Shown here piece after piece: positions 20,063 through 29,088 of a stretch of 64,000 nt of DNA (positions are counted from its first letter, which is position 1; the number at the start of each line of letters is the position of its first letter). A program made the translations under genes and the position numbers. Below the pieces are notes generated by a model. That model saw nothing but the letters and a program-made list of their open reading frames with translations. It had not been told where the DNA came from and ran no database searches. The DNA lies in contig CAVWIH010000036.1 of the NCBI GenBank assembly GCA_963755025.1, positions 1-64,000 of the forward strand, in the 5' to 3' direction. Origin of the DNA: an uncultured Actinomycetes bacterium. Lineage in GTDB: Bacteria; Actinomycetota; Thermoleophilia; UBA2241.

Positions 20063-21010
20063 TCAGCCGGACGTCAGCCGGTAACGCTTGACCTTGCTCT
20101 TGCCGTCGAGCTCGACGACGACGCCGGACAGCAGCCCCTCGACGTAGGAGCTCCCCGGGTTGACCGCGAGCGTGCGCCCCAGACGCACCGCCGCGCGGCT
20201 CTCGTGGATGTGACCGTGCAGGGAAAGCAGCGGTTGGACCTCTTCGATCACCTCCCTGACGGCCTTGGAGCCCACGTGAGCGGTGTCCTGCCCCTGGACC
20301 GTGAGGGTCTCCCAGTCGATCTTGGGGGCGACGTCGAGTGAGGTGTCGTAGGGCGGTGCGTGCAGGCCGAGCACCAGGTGGTCGGGCGCCGCGGTGGCCT
20401 GGGCGACGATGGCCTCGATGCGCTTGCGCAGGAGGGGCTCGTCTTCTTCGCGTGGGGTGTCCCACGGCGTGAGGTTGGTCCAGCCGCTCGAGACGAGCTG
20501 GTAGCCGCCGGGCATGTCGACGACGTTGCCCTCGCCCACGATGATCTCTTTGGAGGTGGCGAGGATCTCGTCGATGTCGGCCTGGTCGTCGTTGCCGGGA
20601 CAGACGATGCAGCGGATGCCGCTGCCGGCAAGGCGCTCGTCGGCCCAGGCGACCCACTGCTCGAGGGTGCGGCGCATCTCGCGCACGAACACGTCGTCGA
20701 GCTTTTCGGGAGTCGCGGTGTAGTCCTGGATCTCTTCGCGCGTCATGGGCACGGGGTAGTAGCCGTGGTCCCGGATGAGGCGCTCGGCGGTGGCGAGCTC
20801 TTCTTTGCCGTCGATCTTGTGAGAGATGTCCTGCATCTGGAACTGCCAGGTGCGGTCGCCGGTCTCGACGATCGGGATGATCGCCTTGCCGGTCATGTCG
20901 CCGCCCAGGATGAGGACGTCGACTTCGTAGTGCTTGGCCGAGTTTATGAACTTACGCCAACAGACCTCGGACCCGTGTACGTCGGTGGCGAAGAAGAGTC
21001 GTACCTTCAC
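20063..21010 (-). CDS. Calcineurin-like metallophosphoesterase (copy 2)
   Basis: TDVHGS, GGDMTGK, GNDD, LHAPPY, GHIHE; GGAGG RBS before a GTG start. Confidence 0.9.
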   Translation of the reverse strand: MKVRLFFATDVHGSEVCWRKFINSAKHYEVDVLILGGDMTGKAIIPIVETGDRTWQFQMQDISHKIDGKEELATAERLIRDHGYYPVPMTREEIQDYTATPEKLDDVFVREMRRTLEQWVAWADERLAGSGIRCIVCPGNDDQADIDEILATSKEIIVGEGNVVDMPGGYQLVSSGWTNLTPWDTPREEDEPLLRKRIEAIVAQATAAPDHLVLGLHAPPYDTSLDVAPKIDWETLTVQGQDTAHVGSKAVREVIEEVQPLLSLHGHIHESRAAVRLGRTLAVNPGSSYVEGLLSGVVVELDGKSKVKRYRLTSG

Positions 21011-21350
21011 CGAGCACCTCCTTCGTCCCTCGTGGTGTCCGCGTTCATCTGTCCACCCGCTCCTTTCGTGCCACACGTCGGGAAAGGACAGCGACCCCGC
21101 AGCCGCTCCCCGATGTCTAGCTTAATCCCTGACGAATTGGTTGCCCAGTCTCGGATTCGCACCGGCGGCCCGCCGCGCCGGCTGGGCGCGGCGTTGGTGC
21201 GCAACGCTTGCTCTGGCACGGACCGGTTCACGCGCCGTTCGCAAGGGGGGCGCCCCATGCGCTGGGGACGAGCAGCGGACGTACGTAGCACGTCGTCTGC
21301 GGCGCCCAGGGCGCTGGAGTCATTGCGAGCACGACACCCCCCATGCTGCC

Positions 21351-21368
21351 TGTTCGCGAAATCGAACA
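21351..21368. promoter_or_regulatory. Palindrome TGTTCG-N6-CGAACA, candidate DeoR/GlpR operator
   Basis: Inverted repeat just downstream of the predicted transcription start, with an extra ATCGAA half-site beside it. Confidence 0.5.
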
Positions 21369-21380
21369 GAATCGAAAACG

Positions 21381-21408
21381 ATCATAGGCTCAAGCCACAC
21401 GCCGTCAA
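21381..21408 (-). promoter_or_regulatory. Sigma70-type promoter of the phosphoesterase-permease-NTase-mtbB operon
   Basis: TTGACG-16 nt-TATGAT. Confidence 0.65.
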
Positions 21409-21558
21409 GTGCGACTGTGTTGGAGAACGTACGTTATCGGGTGGATGACTGCAAGCCGCCGAGGCGATCTTGCAAGCCCGATCGAGGTCGCCGGCTGGGT
21501 TGCGGCGGCGCAGCCGGCGCGCGGCTGAGGGCGAGCATGCGGCCGCGGCGCTGCTCCC

Positions 21559-22940
21559 CTAACGCACGGCGGCCAGCGCCGCGGCGAGATCGTCGCCCAG
21601 GGCGAGGCGGCCGCCGCAGGCGGCTGAGAGCTCGGTCTCGCTCACGTCGTCGAGGGTGCGCCCCAGCTCGGCCGGCAGGAACGGTGCGCGGCGCGAGCAG
21701 CCACTCACCCGTCGGCGAGCGGCCGCTCGCGCAGGGCGGCGAGCACCTCGCGGCCGCCCAGCAACCCGGTCACCGTGACGCGCGGGCCGAACAGCGCGTT
21801 GTCGACGACGAACGGCCGCACCGCCGCGCCGGTACGGGCGGTGAGCCGGCGGGCAGCCTCGGCCAGGACGGGCGCCGACGCCGCGCCGCCGAGCAGGGCC
21901 AGCGGCGGGCTCGTGGGGGCGATCGTCGAGGTCGTCGGCCTCGGCCAGCAGCGCGGCGCAGATGCCGATGCCGTTCTCGTACTGGGCGGGGGCGTCGCCG
22001 GCGGGCGGCAGGGCGCCCGTCGCCAGGTAGAGCTCGTCGGCGGCGTGCACGAAGCGCCGCCCCACGGCGGCCTCGGCGGCGGCCTGCGCGTCGGCCACCA
22101 GGGCGAGCACCGCCGCGGCGTCGGTCGGCGTGACACGCCGCAGGTCGCCGCCGGCGTGCGCCAGCGAGACCGGCACGACGCCCACGTCGACCACCCCGCC
22201 GCGCGCCCCGCCGCCGGCGGGGTCGGTCTGGGACGCGTTCGCCGCTGGCGCGCTCTGAGTCGTCGGTATCGTCCTCGGTATCGTCGTCGGGCGCGCTGGC
22301 GAGACCCAGCAGCTCGGTGACCGTCTCGCGCAGCACGGCGCCGTCGTTGATGCCGGGACACAGGACGACCTGCACGTGCATCTCGACGCCGTGGGCGGCC
22401 AGCCAGGCAAGGCGCTCGCGCGCGACGCGCGACGACGGCCCCATGAGGCGGGCGCGTACGTCGTCGTCCCAGGCGTGCAGCGAGACGAAGAGCGGCGACA
22501 GCCGCAGGGCCGCGATGCGCTCGAGGTCGTGCTCGTCGACGTTGGTGAGCGTCACGAACGTGCCCTGCAGGAACGAGAGGCGGTAGTCGTCGTCGCGTAG
22601 GGCGAGCGAAGGCCGCAGGCCTGGGGGAAGCTGGTTCACAAAGCAGAACGAGCAGTCGTTGGCGCAGCGCCGGATGGGCACGCCCAGACCGTCGCGCAGA
22701 GCGATGCCGTGGTCTTCCCCACGCCGCGGCGTGACGCGCACCGTGAGCGGCCGCCCGGCGCGCTCCAGCGTGAGCTCGAAACGCCCGTCGGCGGCGGCCA
22801 GGGTGAGATCGAGCACGTCTTCGGGCGGCCGCCCGTCGATCGCCACGATCAGGTCGCCGGGGCGCACGCCGGCGCGCGCCGCGGCGGCGGCGACCTCGTC
22901 GACGACGAGGCCGCGGCCGGGCCGGCGGGCCGCCCTTCAC
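21559..22940 (-). CDS. PDZ + radical SAM DUF512 family Fe-S protein; frameshifted
   Basis: CANDCSFCFV (CxxxCxxC), DDDYRLSFLQG.FVTLTN, QVVLCPGINDG, QYENGIG, VTVTGLL. Confidence 0.82.
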
Positions 22941-22959
22941 GCGCGCCTGCCGCCGCGGC

Positions 22960-23845
22960 TCATGGCTCGAGCAGCTCGTCGACGCGCAGGGCCACGGCGT
23001 CGATCTCGTCGACCGGCGTCGAGGCCCCCGCGGTCACCCCCACGCGCCGCGCCCCGGCGAACCACGCCTTCTTGAGCTCGGCGGCCGTCTCGACGTGCCT
23101 GGTGCGCGGCTGGATGCCCCTGCACAGGCCGGCGAGCCGCGTGGTGTTGGCGCTGTTGCGTCCCCCGACCACGATCACCACGTCGACGCCGGCGGCGAGC
23201 TCCTGCGCGGCGGCCTGGCGGTTGCCGGTGGCGTCGCAGATGGTGTTGAAGATGAGCGTCTCGCGGGTCACCGGGGCGAGCCGCGCCGCCAGGCGCGCCA
23301 GGTTGTCGCGCGTCTGCGTGGTCTGCACGACCACGCCGACGCGCTGTCCGGTGAGGTCGTCGAGCGACAGCTCGTCGGCGTCTTCGACGACCACCGCCGT
23401 CGGGCCGGCCCAGCGCGACGAGGCCGACGACCTCGGGGTGGTCGCGCTCGCCCAGGATCACCGGCGTGTACCCCTGGCGGCGCAGCCTGTCGGCCTTGAG
23501 GTGGGCGACGGTCACGAACGGGCAGGTGGCGTCGATCACCTTGAGGCCGCGCGCCTCGGCGGCGGCGATGACCTCGGGGTCGACGCCGTGCGTGCGCACG
23601 ATGACCGTGCCGCGCTCGGCCTGCGCCAGGTCGTCGATCGCCGCGATGCCCTGCTCTGAGAGGCGCGCGACGACCGCGGGGTTGTGGATCAGCGGCCCCA
23701 GCGTGTAGATCGGCTGGGCGAGCTCCACGCCCGCGTCTTCGGCCATGCGCAGGGCGCGCTCGACGCCGAAGCAGTAGCCCGCGTACGGCGAGACGACGAC
23801 CCGGGGGCGCTCGTCGCCGTCCTGGTTGTCCTCAGAGAGACTCAT
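22960..23845 (-). CDS. ispH: 4-hydroxy-3-methylbut-2-enyl diphosphate reductase; frameshift near 23410
   Basis: AGYCFGVERA, PLIHNP, IDATCPFV, HPEV, QTT, NTICDAT, SANT, TAGASTP. Confidence 0.92.
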
Positions 23846-24468
23846 AGAGCTGCCGCGACGGCCCCTCGGGTGCGTTGTGCGGCCTGGGCGTACATGACGC
23901 TCTTCTTTCCCTCGAGGCCCGAAAGGTCAACGGCCGGCCCCACCTTGACGCGCACCACCGGCAGGCCGGGACGGCCGTCGTGCACGACCTGGCCGCTGCC
24001 CTTGATGGCGACCGGGATCACCGGCGCGCCGCTGCGCGCGGCCAGCATGCCGACACCCGGCAGGAACTCGTGCACGGCGTCGTCGCGCTTGCGATGGCCT
24101 TCGGGGTAGATGATGAGGGCCTCGCCGCGGGCCAGTGCGGCCAGGGCCGACTCGAGCGCCGAGCGGTCGCTCTCGCCGCGCCCCACGCGGATCGCGCCGA
24201 GCTCGGTGATCGCCCAGGCCAGCGCGCTGTTGCCGAACAGCTCGGCTTTGGCGAAGTAGCGCACCGGGCGCGCGAAGGCGTGGCCGACGAAGAACGGGTC
24301 GAGGCTGCTCTTGTGGTTCGAGGCGATGATGGCGGCGCCGGTAGCCGGCAGGTTCTCGGCGCCCTCGCAGGTCAGCCGGTAGGTCGCGCAGAGCGTGGCG
24401 ACCGACAGGAGCCGCACGGTGCGGTAGAACCAGCGGTCGCCGGGCGCGTAGAGCGGTACGTTCTTCAC
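23842..24468 (-). CDS. plsC: 1-acyl-sn-glycerol-3-phosphate acyltransferase
   Basis: SNHKSSLD (NHxxxxD), FAKAELF, YPEG. Confidence 0.88.
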   Translation of the reverse strand: MKNVPLYAPGDRWFYRTVRLLSVATLCATYRLTCEGAENLPATGAAIIASNHKSSLDPFFVGHAFARPVRYFAKAELFGNSALAWAITELGAIRVGRGESDRSALESALAALARGEALIIYPEGHRKRDDAVHEFLPGVGMLAARSGAPVIPVAIKGSGQVVHDGRPGLPVVRVKVGPAVDLSGLEGKKSVMYAQAAQRTRGAVAAAL

Positions 24469-25129
24469 CGCGTGGCGCCGAGCCGGGCCGCCACGAGGCG
24501 GCGCGCCGCTTCGACGACCTGTTCGACGTCGAGCCCCGAGGTGTCGAGCTCGACCGCGTCGTCGGCGCGGCGCAGCGGCGCCACGGCGCGCTGCGAGTCG
24601 TAGGCGTCGCGGGCGACGATGGCGGCCAGGGTCTCGTCGGCGCCCACGTGCTCGCCGCCGGCGATCAGCTCGCGGCGGCGGCGCTCGGCGCGGATCTCGG
24701 GCGAGGCCGTCAGGAAGAGCTTCACGGGCGCCCCGGAAAGACGACCGTGCCGATGTCGCGACCCTCGATCACGACGTCCTGATCGGCGCCTATGCGGCGC
24801 TGCTCGTCGAGCAGGACGTCGCGCACCTCGGCGTGCGCCGAGACCTCGGAGACCGCGGCCGAGACCACCGGCCGCCTGATCTCCTCGCTCACGTCGCGCT
24901 CGGCGGCGACGATGCGGCCGTCGGGCGTGAACGAGATGCGCGCCTCGCGCGCGAGCGCGGCCAGCGAGGCGCCGTCGTCGGTGGCGACGCCCTCGTGCAG
25001 CGCCAGGTAGGCGACCGCCCGGTACATGGCCCCGGTGTCCAGGTAGGCGAAGCCGAGCTTCGCGGCCAGCAGCTTGGCGAGCGTGCTCTTGCCCGAACCG
25101 GCCGGGCCGTCGATGGCGATCACCGTCAT
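24465..25129 (-). CDS. cmk: Cytidylate kinase; frameshift near 24727
   Basis: IAIDGPAGSGKST, YLDTGAMYRA, EGRDIGTVVFP, KLFLTAS..RAERR. Confidence 0.93.
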
Positions 25130-26427
25130 GAGGTCAGCACCTCCGCGAGGACGTCGGTGAAGTGGGGAAAGGACACCGCGGCGGCGCCGAAGCCGCTCAC
25201 GGTCACGCCGTCGGGGCACACCAGGCCGGCGACGGCGCCGAGCAGGGCCAGGCGATGGTCGCCGCGGCTGGCGAGCGCCCCGCCGCGCAGCGCGCGGCCG
25301 CCGATCGCCAGGGCGTCGCCCTGCAGTTCGGCGACGCCGCCCAGGGCCGTCACGATCTCGACGATGGCCGCCAGGCGGTCGCTCTCTTTGGCGCGCAGCT
25401 CGGCGACCCCTTCGATGACCGTCTCGCCCTCGGCGTGACAGGACAGCAGCGCGAGCAGGGTGACCTCGTCGATCAGCGCGGGGACCGCCGCCGCGGGCAC
25501 AGTGACGCCGCGCAGGGCCGAGGCCCGCACCTCGAGGTCGCCGCGCGGTTCGCCGCCGTCGGTGTCGGTCACAGTCCAGGCGACCGCGCCGCCCATGCGG
25601 CGCGCCGCCTCGCAGAAGCCCAGCCGGGTCGGGTTGAGCCCGACGCCGCAGATGCGCAGGTGCGAGCCCGGCACGAGCAGGGCGGCCGCCACCAGGAACG
25701 AGGCCGACGAGAGGTCGCCCGGCACGACGACCCGGTCGAGCGCCAGGCGCTCGGCGCCGCACACGCCCACCTCGGCGCCGTCGCGGCGCAGCGTCGCGCC
25801 GGCCGCCGCCAGCAGGCGCTCGGTGTGGTCGCGGCTGGGAGCGGGCTCGACGACGACGGTCTCGCCGTCGGCCAGCAGGCCGGCGAGCAGCACGCACGAC
25901 TTGACCTGGGCGCTGGCCACCGGCGACTCGTAGCGGATCGCGCGCAGCTCGCCGCCGTCGATCGTGAGCGGAGCGTAGCCCCCGTCGCGCGCCGCGATGC
26001 GCGCGCCCATGGCGCGCAGCGGCGCGACCACCCGCGCCATGGGCCGGGCGCGCAGCGAGGCGTCGCCGTCGAGCACGAACCTGCCGCGCTGGCCGGCCAG
26101 CAGGCCCGCCAGCAGGCGCATGCCGGTACCCGAGTTGACGGCGTCGAGCGGGGCCGCGGGCGGGCGCAGGCCGCGCAGGCCGGCGCCGCGCACCACCGCG
26201 CGCGGGGCGCGCTCGCCGAGGCCGTCGACGGCGACGCCCAGGGCGCTGACCATGCCGGCGGTCGCCAGCGGGTCGCCGGCCCACACGGGGTCGACGATCT
26301 CGAGCGGGCCGTCGCAGACGGCGCCGACCAGCAGGGCGCGTTGCATGATGGACTTGTCGCCGGGCACGCGCACGCTGCCGCGCAGCGGACCCGACGGGCG
26401 AAAGGTGATCGTGTCGGCGGCGCTCAC
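25126..26427 (-). CDS. aroA: EPSP synthase
   Basis: PGDKSI, NSGTGMRL, GDASLRARPM, ASAQVKS, SRDHTE, ELRAKESDR, GDHRLA. Confidence 0.95.
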   Translation of the reverse strand: MSAADTITFRPSGPLRGSVRVPGDKSIMQRALLVGAVCDGPLEIVDPVWAGDPLATAGMVSALGVAVDGLGERAPRAVVRGAGLRGLRPPAAPLDAVNSGTGMRLLAGLLAGQRGRFVLDGDASLRARPMARVVAPLRAMGARIAARDGGYAPLTIDGGELRAIRYESPVASAQVKSCVLLAGLLADGETVVVEPAPSRDHTERLLAAAGATLRRDGAEVGVCGAERLALDRVVVPGDLSSASFLVAAALLVPGSHLRICGVGLNPTRLGFCEAARRMGGAVAWTVTDTDGGEPRGDLEVRASALRGVTVPAAAVPALIDEVTLLALLSCHAEGETVIEGVAELRAKESDRLAAIVEIVTALGGVAELQGDALAIGGRALRGGALASRGDHRLALLGAVAGLVCPDGVTVSGFGAAAVSFPHFTDVLAEVLTS

Positions 26428-26467
26428 TCGAGGCCGCGGCCGGTGGTGATCGTGTGGGCGGCGGCGC

Positions 26468-27589
26468 TCACTCGACGCCGCGTCCGGTGGTGACCTGGTA
26501 GCCGAGCAGGCCGAGCAGCTCGGCCGCCCGCTCGCACACGACGCCGCCGAGCACGTAGATCGGTCGAGCTCGCCGCCGAGCTCGGCGCTCATGTGGTGCA
26601 TGGCGAGGTCCTCGATGTTGATGGCGGCGTCGCCCAGGGCCACGGTGATCTGCTGCAGCACGCCGGGGCGGTCGGGGATCTTCACCATGATGCGGAACAG
26701 CTTGTCGGCCGACAGGCTCTCGGCGGCCAGCAGGCGCTCGTGCTGGCGCGCGGCGCGGCCGACGAGGGCCGTCGAGACGGCCCTCGTCGGCCGCCTCGAG
26801 CGCCAGCGTCATCTCGTCGAGGCCCTGGCGATAGGCGCCCAGAGCGGACAGCAGGGCCTCGCGGTTCTCGAGGAAGATGTCGGCCCAGACGCGGGCGTTG
26901 CTGCCGGCGATGCGCGTCATGTCGCGAAAGCTCGGGCCGGCGGCCAGCAGCGGGTCGCGCGTGCCGTGGCTCTCGCCGGCCTGCGTCATGAGCACGTTGG
27001 CCAGCACGTGCGGCAGGTGGCTGACCAGGGCCAGCAGGCGGTCGTGCTCGTGGGGCTCGACCGCCACCGGGCGGGCGCCGATCTGCACGAGAAAGTCGTA
27101 GAGCTTCTCGAAGGCGACCGGCCCCACGTGCGTGCCCGGCGTGAGAAAGTAGGTGGCGCCCTCGTACAGCGAGGCCCGCGCGTTGCGCACGCCCGCCGTT
27201 TCGGAACCACAGAGCGGGTGGCCGCCCACACAGCGGCTCTGCTCGTCGGGGCTGAGGGCGTCCATGAGCATGGCCTTGGTGCTGCCCACGTCGCTCACCA
27301 CCGCCCCGGGCGCGGCGGCCGCGTGGGCGCGGCGCACGTGGTCGAGCACCAGGCGCACCGGCGTGCAGACGAAGACGAGGTCGGCGGCGGCGGCGGCCTC
27401 TTCGAGGCTGTCCGCCGCCTCGGTGATGGCGCCCCGCTCGAGAGCGGCGGCGATCGTGGCGGGGCTGCGACTGTAGCCCACGACGCGCCCCACGCCGGCG
27501 AGCTCGCGCGCGGCGAGGCCGAGCGAGCCGCCCATGAGCCCGACCCCGATGACCGCGACCGAGCGTTCTGCCCCGAGAGGCGTGGCCAC
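26468..27589 (-). CDS. tyrA: Prephenate dehydrogenase with C-terminal ACT domain; internal compensating frameshifts
   Basis: GVGLMGGS, DVGSTK, GGHPLCGSE, HDRLLALVSHLPH, FRDMTRIA; ACT domain IPDRPGVL. Confidence 0.9.
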   Translation of the reverse strand: MATPLGAERSVAVIGVGLMGGSLGLAARELAGVGRVVGYSRSPATIAAALERGAITEAADSLEEAAAAADLVFVCTPVRLVLDHVRRAHAAAAPGAVVSDVGSTKAMLMDALSPDEQSRCVGGHPLCGSETAGVRNARASLYEGATYFLTPGTHVGPVAFEKLYDFLVQIGARPVAVEPHEHDRLLALVSHLPHVLANVLMTQAGESHGTRDPLLAAGPSFRDMTRIAGSNARVWADIFLENREALLSALGAYRQGLDEMTLALEAADEGRLDGPRRPRRAPARAPAGRREPVGRQAVPHHGEDPRPPRRAAADHRGPGRRRHQHRGPRHAPHERRARRRARPIYVLGGVVCERAAELLGLLGYQVTTGRGVE

Positions 27590-27594
27590 GACTG

Positions 27595-28611
27595 CTAGGA
27601 GACCGTCTTGCCGGTCCAGCGGACCAGCTCGCCGACGCGCGCGGCGTACTCGGCGAAGGCGACCGGCGACAGCGACTGGGCCCCGTCGCACAGCGCGTGC
27701 TCGGGGTTGGGGTGCATCTCGACGATCACGCCGTTGGCCCCGGCGGCGACCGCCGCCAGCGACAGCGGCAGCACCAGGTCGGGGCGGCCGGTGGCGTGGC
27801 TCGGGTCGATCAGCACCGGCAGATGGCAGGCCAGGCGCACGACGGGCACGGCGCTGATGTCGAGGGTGTTGCGCGTAGCGGTCTCGAAGGTACGGATGCC
27901 GCGCTCGCAGAGGATCACCTGGGTGTTGCCCTCTTTGACGATGTACTCGGCGGCCATGAGCCACTCCTCGATCGTGGCCGCGAGGCCGCGCTTGAGCAGC
28001 ACCGGCGCCGGGCAGCGGCCGACTTCGGAGAGGAGCTGGAAGTTCTGCATGTTGCGCGCCCCGACCTGCACGACGTCGGCGTACTCGAGCAGGTCGTCGA
28101 GGTCGCGCGGGTCCATGAGCTCGGTGACGATGGGCAGGCCGGTCTCGTCGCGCGCGGCGGCCAGCAGCTTGAGGGCTTCGACGCCGAGGCCCTGAAAGGC
28201 GTAGGGCGAGGAGCGCGGCTTGAAGGCCCCGCCGCGCAGCATGGAGCCGCCGGCGGCGGCCACCGCCCGGGCGGCGACCATGACCTGCTCCTCGGTCTCG
28301 ACGGAGCACGGCCCGGCGATGACGGCGAAGTGGTCGCCGCCCAGCTTGACGCCGCGCACGTCGACCACGGTGTCGTGGGGGTGGAACTCGCGGCCCACCA
28401 GCTTGTAGGGCTTGAGGATGGCGACCACCCTGTCGACCCCGGCGCAGGCTTCGAGCGGCACGCCGGCCAGCTCTTCGCGGTCGCCGATGGCGCCGATCAC
28501 GGCCACGCGCTCGCCGACCGAGATGTGGGCGCTGGCGCCGACCGCTTCGATCCGTGCGACGACATGGGCGATCTGCTCGTCGGTCGCCCCTTCGTGCATG
28601 ATGACCATCAT
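27595..28611 (-). CDS. aroF: DAHP synthase (class I-beta)
   Basis: IAGPCSVE, RGGAFKPRSSPYAFQG, GARNMQNF, CERGIRTFE, DPSHATG. Confidence 0.95.
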   Translation of the reverse strand: MMVIMHEGATDEQIAHVVARIEAVGASAHISVGERVAVIGAIGDREELAGVPLEACAGVDRVVAILKPYKLVGREFHPHDTVVDVRGVKLGGDHFAVIAGPCSVETEEQVMVAARAVAAAGGSMLRGGAFKPRSSPYAFQGLGVEALKLLAAARDETGLPIVTELMDPRDLDDLLEYADVVQVGARNMQNFQLLSEVGRCPAPVLLKRGLAATIEEWLMAAEYIVKEGNTQVILCERGIRTFETATRNTLDISAVPVVRLACHLPVLIDPSHATGRPDLVLPLSLAAVAAGANGVIVEMHPNPEHALCDGAQSLSPVAFAEYAARVGELVRWTGKTVS

Positions 28612-28613
28612 GC

Positions 28614-29039
28614 TCAGTGTGGCCTCCCCTGGTCGGCGCGGGGCGAGGCGGCCCCGGCGTGAGAAGACGGCAAGTCGAGGCGCAGCTCGCGCGCCTCGTG
28701 CAGGTAGACGTGATGGCTCGCCGTCTCGGGCCGTCCGTAGCAGTGGATCAGCACGCGGATGCAGCGCTCGACGGCGCCGTCGACCGGGATCTCCTGGGCG
28801 CAGAGCAGCGGCGTGTGGGCCAGGCCGATCGCCCGCGCGGCCGCGGCCGGAAAGTCGGAGCGCAGGTCGGGCGTGGCCGTGAAGAGGATGCTCACGATGT
28901 CGTCGACCGCCAGGGCGTTGCGCTGCAGGAGCTGCTTGAGCAGCTCCTCGGTGCGCGCCTTGATGTCGCCCTGGGCGTCGGCGTCGACGGTCGTCGCGCC
29001 GCGCAGGGCGATCAGCCTTGAACTCTGAGCGTCGGCCAC
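28614..29039 (-). CDS. aroH: Chorismate mutase (AroH class)
   Basis: ALRGATTV, FTATPDL...FPAAAAR, CIRVLIH, HVYL..A..LR.DL. Confidence 0.92.
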   Translation of the reverse strand: MADAQSSRLIALRGATTVDADAQGDIKARTEELLKQLLQRNALAVDDIVSILFTATPDLRSDFPAAAARAIGLAHTPLLCAQEIPVDGAVERCIRVLIHCYGRPETASHHVYLHEARELRLDLPSSHAGAASPRADQGRPH

Positions 29040-29088
29040 AGCGCCTCCGGTCGCGCACGTGAAACGGACAGCCAGTATAGCCGATGAG

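Noticed and set aside
21425-21437. SOS-like GAAC-GTAC-GTTA upstream of the mtbB operon promoter
   Set aside because: The right half-site is mismatched and there is no DNA-repair context.
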